A stretch of 64,000 bases of DNA from positions 62,001 through 126,000 of the forward strand of contig NIVC01002993.1 of NCBI GenBank assembly GCA_002269645.1, given 5' to 3'. The position numbers and the translations under genes were made by a program. Origin of the DNA: Macrostomum lignano. Its lineage: Eukaryota. The notes under the pieces are model-generated. The model did no database searches and had not been told where the DNA came from. It worked only from the letters and a program-made list of their open reading frames with translations. Each line of letters begins with the position of its first letter. The first letter of the stretch is position 1. Positions 1-10,816 of this stretch are shown here, one piece after another.

Positions 1-118
1 CTTAGCATTTTTCGGTCAAAGATGGTAAAATGTTTTTTATAATGAAGTACTACCTCTACTACTAAGTAAGTAGCATTATTTGGATTTATTATTGGGATTT
101 ATTCAGATATTAACTTAC

Positions 119-671
119 CCTTTTTGGTAGTGACCGCCGATTTATTAGCTTCATCTTTAGCTTCATCTTCATCTTCATCTTCAGCTTCAGCTTTATCTTT
201 AGCTTCATCTGTTCGAGTTCGCTTAGTCGGCGGCTGATCGGTCGTCGGGTCCTCGCCGCTGTCGCCGTCAGTTATGGGTAGAGTCGTGTCGGGAATGACC
301 ATAGTTTGAGGCGGTTCCGCGCTGCCAGACTCGCTAGCTTCATCCGGCTGTTCGTGGCCGAGCAGTTTGAGGCGAAATGCCAACGTAGAGTTGCCGGGCA
401 GCGGACAGACAGTGATGACGTCATCCTGTCGCAGCTCGGCCACGTCGCCAAGAATCCGACGGCCATTGACCAGAGTGCCGTTCATGCTGGTGTCCTGCAG
501 CCAGACTCCGCCGTCGGGATCCTTGAACACGGCGCAGTGGTGCCCGGACACGAACTGGTTGCCGGCCAAGGACAAGTCGCAGTCGACGGCCCGACCGATT
601 TGGCAGCGATCGGAGAGCAGCTCGAGTGCCAGGCCGCCATCCGAGGTGTTGAATAGCTGAGCCCAGGCCTC
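119..671 (-). CDS. CHFR: Internal exon of an FHA-domain protein, CHFR-like checkpoint E3 ligase (partial gene; start exon not found, later exons outside window)
   Basis: Minus strand ctacag|GAG acceptor at 672/671 and G|gtaagt donor at 119/118. Translation EAWAQLF...CQIGRAVDCDLSLAGNQFVSGHHCAVFKDPDGGVWLQDTSMNGTLVNG has the FHA motifs GR, SxxH and NG and resembles the CHFR N-terminus from memory. An acidic low-complexity linker follows. Confidence 0.7.
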
Positions 672-729
672 CTGTAGGTGGCGGCAAGGTGCATGAATGA
701 CACTAAATAAATATTACTAAAGCTGACCA

Positions 730-2075
730 AAATGTCTCTTAAGCCCCAAAAATGCCCACTAGTTTACTAAATTGTCCTCGTAAGGCTTTAAAATGTCCTC
801 AAAGCCACTACAATGTCTCTCAGGACCTAAAAATGTCACTCAAGCTACTACAATGTCTCTCAGGACCTAAAAATGTCACTCAAGCTACTACAATGTCTCT
901 CAGGACCTAAAAATGTCACTCAAGCTACTACAATGTCTCTCAGGACCTAAAAATGTTCCTCAAGCTACTACAATGTCTCTCAGCACCTAAAAATGTCTCT
1001 CAGCACCTAAAAATGTCACTCAAGCTACTACAATGTCTCTCAGAACCTAAAAATGTTCCTCAAGCTACTACAATGTCTCTCAGCACCTAAAAATGTCTCT
1101 CAGCACCTAAAAATGTCACTCAAGCTACTACAATGTCTCTTCAGGACCTAAAAGTGTCTCTCCAGCCACTAAAATGTCTCCCATGACCTGAAAATATTCT
1201 GCAGCCACTAAAATGTCTCTCATGACCTGAAAATATTCTCCAGTGGCTAAAATGTCCCTCAAGCCACTACAATGTCTCGTCTCAGGACCTAAAAACGTCT
1301 CTTCAGCTTTTACGAGTACAATGTCTCTTGGAGCCTAAAATGTCATATAAGACACTAAAAATGTCCCTCAAGCCACTACAATGTCTCTCAGGACCTAAAA
1401 ACGTCTCCTCAGCTTCTACAATGTCTCTTGGAGCCTAAAATGTCATATAAGACATTAAAATATCCCTCAAGACACTACAATGTCTCTCAGCACCTAAAAA
1501 TGTCTCTCAGCACCTAAAAATGTCACTCAAGCTACTACAATGTCTCTCAGAACCTAAAAATGTTCCTCAAGCTACTACAATGTCTCTCAGCACCTAAAAA
1601 TGTCTCTCAGCACCTAAAAATGTCACTCAAGCTACTACAATGTCTCTTCAGGACCTAAAAGTGTCTCTCCAGCCACTAAAATGTCTCCCATGACCTGAAA
1701 ATATTCTCCAGCCACTAAAATGTCTCTCATGACCTGAAAATATTCTCCAGTGGCTAAAATGTCCCTCAAGCCACTACAATGTCTCGTCTCAGGACCTAAA
1801 AACGTCTCTTCAGCTTTTACGAGTACAATGTCTCTTGGAGCCTAAAATGTCATATAAGACACTAAAAATGTCCCTCAAGCCACTACAATGTCTCTCAGGA
1901 CCTAAAAACGTCTCCTCAGCTTCTACAATGTCTCTTGGAGCCTAAAATGTCATTCATATAAGACACTAAAAATGTCCCTCAAGCCACGAGCTACAATGTC
2001 TTTTGGGACCGAAATATGTGATATAAAGAAACTAAGATGCCCCTCAAGCTACTAAAATGCCTCTATTCAAGTTTC
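730..2075. repeat. Degenerate ~20/40-bp minisatellite (aaaatgtctctcagcacct / caagctactacaatgtc) with internal block duplication
   Basis: Repeated motifs visible directly; ~1020-1450 recurs at ~1530-1960. Confidence 0.85.
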
Positions 2076-2190
2076 TAAAATGCTTCACACATGAAGCCGA
2101 CCGAACTCGGTTAGTGCATTGGATAAAAAAGTTTTAAAATTACTATTCTGTTTCGTAAGCAACAGTAAGCAGCCGCACTATGGGCAGAGT

Positions 2191-2196
2191 TTTATT
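2191..2196 (-). terminator. Candidate AATAAA polyadenylation signal for TAF7
   Basis: tttatt on + in unique AT-rich sequence just past the 30-bp array that follows the TAF7 stop; function is inferred. Confidence 0.3.
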
Positions 2197-2489
2197 TACA
2201 GAATAATTATACAGCCTCAGTGCAAACGCACTTATAATATAAAACTGTACGCACTTAACCAGACAGAAATGCACCAAAAAACAGGCCAAAAGCAGATTAG
2301 CTAGAACTGGAGAGCAAGAAAAATACGCCAATTAATGAATTGCTGCGGAAAAGTTGAAATTTCATCAATCAGAAAAGCCAGGCGGGTACAGACAGAACTT
2401 GCAGAAAAAGTAACGATATTTAGTAGCAATGCGAACAATTAATTTGGGGACTCTGTTTACCACAGGCTTTGTACGTACTCTGCGAAATT

Positions 2490-5400
2490 GGGGTTCTTCC
2501 TCAGCGGGACTATGCAATCGGGGTTCTTCCTCAGCGGGACTATGCAATCGGGATTCTTCCTCAGCGGGACTATGCAATCGGGATTCTTCCTCAGCGGGAC
2601 TATGCAATCGGGATTCTTCCTCAGCGGGACTATGCAATCGGATTCTTCCTCAGCGGGACTATGCAATCTGGATTCTTCCTCAGCGGGACTATGCAATCGG
2701 GATTCTTCCTCAGCGGGACTATGCAATCGGGATTCTTCCTCAGCGGGACTATGCAATCGGGATTCTTCCTCAGCGGGACTATGCGATCGGGATTCTTCCT
2801 CAGCGGGACTATGCAATCGGGATTCTTCCTCAGCGGGACTATGCAATCGGGATTCTTCCTCAGCGGGACTATGCAATCGGGATTCTTCCTCAGTAAGACT
2901 ATGCAATCGGGGGATTCTTCCTCAGTAAGACTATGCAATCGGGGGATTCTTCCTCAGTAAGACTATGCAATCGGGATTCTTCCTCAGTAAGACTATGCAA
3001 TCTGGATTCTTCCTCAGTAAGACTATGCAATCGGGGTTCTTCCTCAGCGGGACTACGCAATCGGGGTTCGGGGTTCTTCCTCAGCGGGACTATGCAATCG
3101 GGATTCTTCCTCAGCGGGACTATGCAATCGGGATTCTTCCTCAGCGGGACTATGCAATCTGGATTCTTCCTCAGCGGGACTATGCAATCGGGATTCTTCC
3201 TCAGCGGGACTATGCAATCGGGATTCTTCCTCAGCGGGACTATGCAATCGGGATTCTTCCTCAGCGGGACTATGCAATCGGGATTCTTCCTCAGCGGGAC
3301 TATGCAATCGGGGGATTCTTCCTCAGCGGGACTATGCAATCTGGATTCTTCCTCAGCGGGACTATGCAATCGAGATTCTTCCTCAGCGGGACTATGCAAT
3401 CGGGATTCTTCCTCAGCGGGACTATGCAATCGGGATTCTTCCTCAGTGGGACTATGCAATCGGGGGATTCTTCCTCAGCGGGACTATGCAATCAGGATTC
3501 TTCCTCAGCGGGACTATGCGATCGGGATTCTTCCTCAGTAAGACTATGCAATCGGGATTCTTCCTCAGTAAGACTATGCAATCGGGATTCTTCCTCAGCG
3601 GGACTATGCAATCGGGATTCTTCCTCAGCGGGACTATGTAATCGGGATTCTTCCTCAGCGGGACTATGCAATCGGGATTCTTCCTCAGCGGGACTATGCA
3701 ATCGGGATTCTTCCTCAGCGGGACTATGCAATCGGGATTCTTCCTCAGCGGGACTATGCAATCGGGATTCTTCCTCAGCGGGACTATGCAATCGGGATTC
3801 TTCCTCAGCGGGACTATGCAATCTGGATTCTTCCTCAGCGGGACTATGCAATCGGGATTCTTCCTCAGCGGGACTATGCAATCGGGATTCTTCCTCAGCG
3901 GGACTATGCAATCGGGATTCTTCCTCAGCGGGACTATGCGATCGGGATTCTTCCTCAGCGGGACTATGCAATCGGGATTCTTCCTCAGCGGGACTATGCA
4001 ATCGGGATTCTTCCTCAGCGGGACTATGCAATCGGGATTCTTCCTCAGTAAGACTATGCAATCGGGATTCTTCCTCAGTAAGACTATGCAATCGGGGGAT
4101 TCTTCCTCAGTAAGACTATGCAATCGGGATTCTTCCTCAGTAAGACTATGCAATCTGGATTCTTCCTCAGTAAGACTATGCAATCGGGGTTCTTCCTCAG
4201 CGGGACTACGCAATCGGGGTTCGGGGTTCTTCCTCAGCGGGACTATGCAATCGGGATTCTTCCTCAGCGGGACTATGCAATCGGGATTCTTCCTCAGCGG
4301 GACTATGCAATCTGGATTCTTCCTCAGCGGGACTATGCAATCGGGATTCTTCCTCAGCGGGACTATGCAATCGGGATTCTTCCTCAGCGGGACTATGCAA
4401 TCGGGATTCTTCCTCAGCGGGACTATGCAATCGGGGGATTCTTCCTCAGCGGGACTATGCAATCGGGGGATTCTTCCTCAGCGGGACTATGCAATCTGGA
4501 TTCTTCCTCAGCGGGACTATGCAATCGAGATTCTTCCTCAGCGGGACTATGCAATCGGGATTCTTCCTCAGCGGGACTATGCAATCGGGATTCTTCCTCA
4601 GCGGGACTATGCAATCGGGGGATTCTTCCTCAGCGGGACTATGCAATCAGGATTCTTCCTCAGCGGGACTATGCGATCGGGATTCTTCCTCAGTAAGACT
4701 ATGCAATCGGGATTCTTCCTCAGTAAGACTATGCAATCGGGATTCTTCCTCAGCGGGACTATGCAATCGGGATTCTTCCTCAGCGGGACTATGTAATCGG
4801 GATTCTTCCTCAGCGGGACTATGCAATCGGGATTCTTCCTCAGCGGGACTATGCAATCGGGATTCTTCCTCAGCGGGACTATGCAATCGGGATTCTTCCT
4901 CAGCGGGACTATGCAATCGGGATTCTTCCTCAGCGGGACTATGCAATCGGGATTCTTCCTCAGTAAGACTATGCAATCGGGATTCTTCCTCAGCGGGACT
5001 ATGCAATCGGGAATCTTCCTCAGCGGGACTATGCAATCGGGATTCTTCCTCAGCGGGACTATGTAATCGGGATTCTTCCTCAGCGGGACTATGCAATCGG
5101 GATTCTTCCTCAGCGGGACTATGCAATCGGGATTCTTCCTCAGCGGGACTATGCAATCGGGATTCTTCCTCAGCGGGACTATGCAATCGGGGGATTCTTC
5201 CTCAGCGGGACTATGCAATCGGGATTCTTCCTCAGTAAGACTATGCAATCGGGGGATTCTTCCTCAGCGGGACTATGTAATCGGGATTCTTCTGAAACGA
5301 AAAATTATATGGGTTTTTCCCATATTATCGTTTCCTTCTGCCAACAGTTCAGGAAGACAACGAACAATGGACCTTCTCTGTGTGATCTCTAGAGTCACAT

Positions 5401-8052
5401 TCTCAAACTTCAGGCGAGGATCTTTCCTCTTCAATCAGTATATTTTATAAGCTAGCACACTGTACGCGAGCAACGAGGAATAGGAGCAGTAGGGAGAGAG
5501 AGTGGGATTTCGAGGCCCAATAGGCAGTATCGGTCAGAGGTTGTGCATGCATCACGCGAGGGTCGCATGGCTGGGCTTCTTGCTCGCCGATCATCAGGAC
5601 TATTTTTAGGCATGCAGATCTTGTGCATCTGGGGAGTTGCTGCCAAGGCTGGATGCTTGTTCACGCATCACGCGCGTGTCGGCTGATTTCTCCCATCCTC
5701 TTGCTAACGGCGCCTTCGTTTCACTTCAGTCGCTCTTTTTTCAGGGAAGCGAGGCCCTCCGAGCTCTGTTGAAAATAAGCTTGGAGCAATGATGACATGG
5801 CGTACAGTTGTGCATTTGCTTGCGATACGCAGTCCCACTTGGTAACTTGCAGTTGAGTTGATGTTGTTGAAACACGAAACTTGGTCAAGGGGCAAAGTGA
5901 ACTTGTGACAACAGTGGATGAATTGTACCAGCATATCCTCTTGACTATTTAATCAGATCTGAGAGGGGGATTGACGTGAACTCGGAAACTCGACAAATTG
6001 AATGGGCTTTTCGATGCCCTAAACAGTGACGCAAATAGGACTGGACACGGAGACTCGACAAATTGAAACAGCGTCTGGTAGACAGTCAGATCGGGATGCT
6101 GGCTGAAGGTACATTGCAGTTAAATATGACGTCGGAAAAATACCGTCTTGACCAAATTGATTGTGTAGATCTCTCAACGAAAGTTTCTTCTCGGAAGGGT
6201 AAACTGCGTCGCTTCTTGATCTTCGTCCATTGGTCTTGTTTAGTTCGAAGTTTTCCTTTACTGAAGGCAGGAAAGTCTCAGTTCTCGATTCATTCGAATG
6301 GCTGTTGAAGACATGCAGCAGAGCGATAACTGCATGGTACCTGAGACTTCTGTCTAGCGGCGACTCACGCGGTCAGTGGAACCAATTGAAACGACAATTT
6401 ATATGGGTTTTTCCCATATTATCGTTTCCTTCTGCCAACAGTTCAGGAAGACAACGAACAATGGACCTTCTCTGTGTGATCTCTAGAGTCACATTCTCAA
6501 ACTTCAGGCGAGGATCTTTCCTCTTCAATCAGTATATTTTATAAGCTAGCACACTGTACGCGAGCAACGAGGAATAGGAGCAGTAGGGAGAGAGAGTGGG
6601 ATTTCGAGGCCCAATAGGCAGTATCGGTCAGAGGTTGTGCATGCATCACGCGAGGGTCGCATGGCTGGGCTTCTTGCTCGCCGATCATCAGGACTATTTT
6701 TAGGCATGCAGATCTTGTGCATCTGGGGAGTTGCTGCCAAGGCTGGATGCTTGTTCACGCATCACGCGCGTGTCGGCTGATTTCTCCCATCCTCTTGCTA
6801 ACGGCGCCTTCGTTTCACTTCACTTCCTCAGCGGGACTATGCAATCGGGATTCTTCCTCAGCGGGACTATGCAATCGAGATTCTTCCTCAGCGGGACTAT
6901 GCAATCGGGATTCTTCCTCAGCGGGACTATGCAATCGGGATTCTTCCTCAGCGGGACTATGCAATCGGGATTCTTCCTCAGCGGGACTATGCAATCGGGA
7001 TTCTTCCTCAGCGGGACTATGCAATCGAGATTCTTCCTCAGCGGGACTATGCAATCGGGATTCTTCCTCAGCGGGACTATGCAATCGGGATTCTTCCTCA
7101 GCGGGACTATGCAATCGGGATTCTTCCTCAGCGGGACTATGCAATCGGGATTCTTCCTCAGCGGGACTACGCAATCGAGATTCTTCCTCAGCGGGACTAT
7201 GCAATCGGGATTCTTCCTCAGCGGGACTATGCAATCGAGATTCTTCCTCAGCGGGACTATGCAATCGGGATTCTTCCTCAGCGGGACTATGCAATCGGGA
7301 TTCTTCCTCAGCGGGACTATGCAATCGGGATTCTTCCTCAGCGGGACTATGCAATCGAGATTCTTCCTCAGCGGGACTATGCAATCGGGATTCTTCCTCA
7401 GCGGGACTATGCAATCGGGATTCTTCCTCAGCGGGACTATGCAATCGAGATTCTTCCTCAGTGGGACTATGCAATCGGGATTCTTCCTCAGCGGGACTAT
7501 GCAATCGGGATTCTTCCTCAGCGGGACTATGCAATCGGGATTCTTCCTCAGCGGGACTATGCAATCGGGATTCTTCCTCAGCGGGACTATGCAATCGGGA
7601 TTCTTCCTCAGTAAGACTATGCAATCGGGGGATTCTTCCTCAGCGGGACTATGTAATCGGGATTCTTCCTCAGCGGGACTATGCAATCGGGATTCTTCCT
7701 CAGCGGGACTACGCAATCGAGATTCTTCCTCAGCGGGACTATGCAATCGGGATTCTTCCTCAGCGGGACTATGCAATCGAGATTCTTCCTCAGCGGGACT
7801 ATGCAATCGGGATTCTTCCTCAGCGGGACTATGCAATCGGGATTCTTCCTCAGCGGGACTATGCAATCGGGATTCTTCCTCAGCGGGACTATGCAATCGA
7901 GATTCTTCCTCAGCGGGACTATGCAATCGGGATTCTTCCTCAGCGGGACTATGCAATCGGGATTCTTCCTCAGCGGGACTATGCAATCGAGATTCTTCCT
8001 CAGTGGGACTATGCAATCGGGATTCTTCCTCAGCGGGACTATGCAATCGGGA
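2490..8052. repeat. 30-bp tandem satellite (gattcttcctcagcgggactatgcaatcgg), interrupted by an LTR element at 5293-6822
   Basis: Near-identical 30-bp units; source of the SRLHSPAEEE / GFFLSGTMQS / DSSSAGLCNR repeat ORFs. Confidence 0.97.
5293..6822 (-). mobile_element. Non-autonomous LTR retroelement (TRIM/LARD-like): two 436-bp LTRs, 658-bp non-coding interior, 4-bp TSD
   Basis: Direct repeats 5293-5728 and 6387-6822, both TG...CA and nearly identical. TSD cttc at 5289-5292 and 6823-6826. PBS-like TGGTTCCACTGACCGCG on minus at 6368-6384, 2 nt from the LTR. Purine-rich tract next to the other LTR (~5729-5745). Confidence 0.9.
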
Positions 8053-8355
8053 TCAGTCCTCTTCCATGTCAATGTCGTCGGCTTTTTCAGCTGCATCATC
8101 TGCACCGTCATCGCCTCCTTCGCCGTCGCCGTCACCAGCTTCGCCTTCGCCTTCTTCATCGTCGCTATCGTCGCCCTCGTTATCGCCGGAGGATGTCGAG
8201 TCGCTGATGTCGCCAAACAGCTGAGTGGCCATCATCAGATTGTTGCTGCCATCGTCCACAGTTTGCGATGAGCCGGCGGGCTGCTCCGAAGGCTGCGACT
8301 GCTGCTGTTGTGAAGACGCCGAGTCCAGTTTAGAGGCCTCCTCTTCAGTGAGCAC
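8053..8355 (-). CDS. TAF7: TAF7 coding exon 2 (acidic region, ends at TGA)
   Basis: Acceptor tgtcaaag|GTG, phase 0 with exon 1. VLTEEEASK...QLFGDISDSTSSGDNEGDD...DIDMEED* resembles the TAF7 IFNDLSSSSEDED segment. Confidence 0.75.
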   Translation of the reverse strand: MLTEEEASKLDSASSQQQQSQPSEQPAGSSQTVDDGSNNLMMATQLFGDISDSTSSGDNEGDDSDDEEGEGEAGDGDGEGGDDGADDAAEKADDIDMEED

Positions 8356-8398
8356 CTTTGACACAGGAATGTTTGTGTGCATGTGCATAATCACATAT

Positions 8399-9175
8399 AT
8401 AGCGGTTATATCTGCCAAGTTCTATCTCAATTCAATTCTAATTCTAAGCGGTTATATCTACAGAGTTCTATCTCAATTCAGTTCTAATTATAAGCGGTTA
8501 TATCTACAGAGTTCTATCTCAATTCAGTTCTAATTATAAGCGGTTATATCTGCCGAGTTCTATCTCAATTCAATTCTAATTATAAGCGGTTATATCTGCC
8601 GAGTTCTATCTCGATTCAATTCTAATTCTAAGCGGTTATATCTGCCGAGTTCTATCTCAATTCAGTTCTAATTATAAGCGGTTATATCTACCGAGTTCTA
8701 TCTCGATTCAATTCTAATTCTAAGCGGTTATATCTGCCGAGTTCTATCTCAATTCAGTTCTAATTATAAGCGGTTATATCTGCCGAGTTCTATCTCAATT
8801 CAGTTCTAATTATAAGCGGTTATATCTGCCGAGTTCTATCTCAATTCAGTTCTAATTATAAGCGGTTATATCTGCCGAGTTCTATCTCAATTCAGTTCTA
8901 ATTATAAGCGGTTATATCTACCGAGTTCTATCTCAATTCAGTTCTAATTCTAAGCGGTTATATCTGCCGAGTTCTATCTCAATTCAGTTCTAATTATAAG
9001 CGGTTATATCTGCCGAGTTCTATCTCAATTCAGTTCTAATTATAAGCGGTTATATCTACCGAGTTCTATCTCAATTCAGTTCTAATTATAAGCGGCTATA
9101 TCTGCCGAGTTCTATCTCAATCCAGTTCTAATTATAAGCGGTTATATCTGCCGAGTTCTAATTAAATTCAGTTCT
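8399..9175. repeat. 46-bp intronic minisatellite (aagcggttatatctgccgagttctatctcaattcagttctaattat)
   Basis: Period 46 (agcgg at 8401 and 8447); fills the TAF7 intron. Confidence 0.95.
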
Positions 9176-9189
9176 AATAACTCTCTCAC

Positions 9190-9774
9190 CTCCCACTTGA
9201 CATCTGCCGCTTCCATATCGTTTTTCAGCAGCCGTTTGACCTCCTTCTCCAGCTCCGGCATGTCCATACTGCGATTGCGCAACACCCGACGGAACCGCCT
9301 GCGGCGAACATTTCTCAATGGCGGCGTCAGTCCGTGATCCCACTGGTGCATCCGCTCCTCGGCCGTCGCCGTGACCGTCGCCGAAGCCGAAGCCGATCTG
9401 CGGCGGCGACTACCCGAGGATCGTTGAAGCGTCTGCAAAGCTGAGGCGGCATCCTCGCCGCACATCAGCATCTGGGTGATGTTGGCCACCTTGTAGAAGG
9501 TACGCGAGTCGGCAGTCTTCAGTCCCTCAACTATGCAGGGCAGGTCAACCAGCCGGCCGGGCAGGGTCTCGCCGTCGTAGGTTAGAGTGAAGCTGCGCAG
9601 ATCCTGCCGGGCCTCCAGGCTTAGCCGGTCCTGCAGCTGGGCGCCCGACTCGATGTCCCCCCTGAGCTTGTCAGCAGCTGGCTGGGGCAGGCGCAGTATG
9701 AGGCACTGCTCCGGCTCTACCGGGGCGTGACCGCGAGCTTGAGCAGGCTGCGTCTGCTGCTGCTGCTGAGACAT
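9190..9774 (-). CDS. TAF7: TAF7 coding exon 1 (TAFII55 N-terminal domain)
   Basis: EQCLILRLP, RLVDLPCIVEGLKTADSRTFYKVANITQML and HGLTPPLRNVRRRRFRR are hallmark TAF7 motifs; donor GAG|gtgaga at 9190/9189. Confidence 0.93.
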
Positions 9775-9848
9775 TGGACTCTTATTGTTGCTTTACAGAA
9801 AATATTCGATTCAATTTTCTCTGGTTTATGATATCAGAGGCTCGCGGT

Positions 9849-10268
9849 GGCCCAGCAAATGAGGATCTGGGAGACTGGCCCAGCAACTGAGGATCTAGGA
9901 GACTGGCCCAGCAACTGAGGATCTGGGAGGTTAGCCCAGCAACTGAGGATCTGGGAGACTGGCCCAGCAACTGAGGATCTGGGAGACTGGCCCAGCAACT
10001 GAGGATCTGGGAGACTGGCCCAGCAACTGAGGATCTGGGAGACTGGCCCAGCAACTGAGGATCTGGAAGACTGGCCCAGCAACTGAGGATCTGGGAGACT
10101 GGCCCAGCAATTGAGGATCTGGGAGGCTGGCCCAGCAACTGAGGATCTGGGAGACTGGCCCCGCAACTGAGGATCTAAGAGACTGGCCCAGCAACTGAGG
10201 ATCTAAGAGACTGGCCCAGCAACTGAGGATCTGGGAGACTGGCCCAGCAACTGAGGATCTGGGAGGCT
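9849..10268. repeat. 28-bp minisatellite (ggcccagcaactgaggatctgggagact)
   Basis: Period 28 (9961, 9989), about 15 copies. Confidence 0.95.
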
Positions 10269-10816
10269 AGCGGTCGAAATCTGAAGACATGGGAGGGCGA
10301 CGGCTAAGCTTGAAGATTAGAAAATGCTGCATATTAACATCTGGAAGTCCTTACTACCATGGACAACCAGACTTTGACCAAGAAGCAAAGGCCGCTCGAG
10401 TCCATTTTTAGCAGCAAAAAAATAACTGCAAAGCATGTCCCCATGTCACCCGCAGAAAGCTGAGCGACGGAAGCAACTGACTCCATTCAAGTTGGCGAAT
10501 TCCATTCAAGAATGAAAATCTACAAGCCAAGCCATTCCAGGACAAGACTGGCTGGCAGAGCTATAAATAAAAATCAGAAGAGAAAACCGCTGCAGGCGCA
10601 CTGATGCATGTCAGAAATAGCCGGAAACTCGCCAAAGAAAAATTTCTTAGAAAATGTCCAGGAAAAGCATGCCGAGATGGCAAAGGAAGAAAGGATCAAC
10701 TAACAACAAAAAAGTTTTTCCTAAAAATAGACTCACTCACTTAAGTCACAAAGTTAAGCGGAAGGAAAGATTGAGAAAATGTAGACGAGGATAGTTGGCA
10801 TTCTACTTGCCCCAAG

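Noticed and set aside
2365-8271. Long repeat ORFs (up to 497 aa) in the 30-bp array
   Set aside because: A 30-bp unit that is stop-free in several frames gives ORFs on both strands. Frames switch at indels and there is no domain content. Only the in-frame link to TAF7 is kept as a finding.
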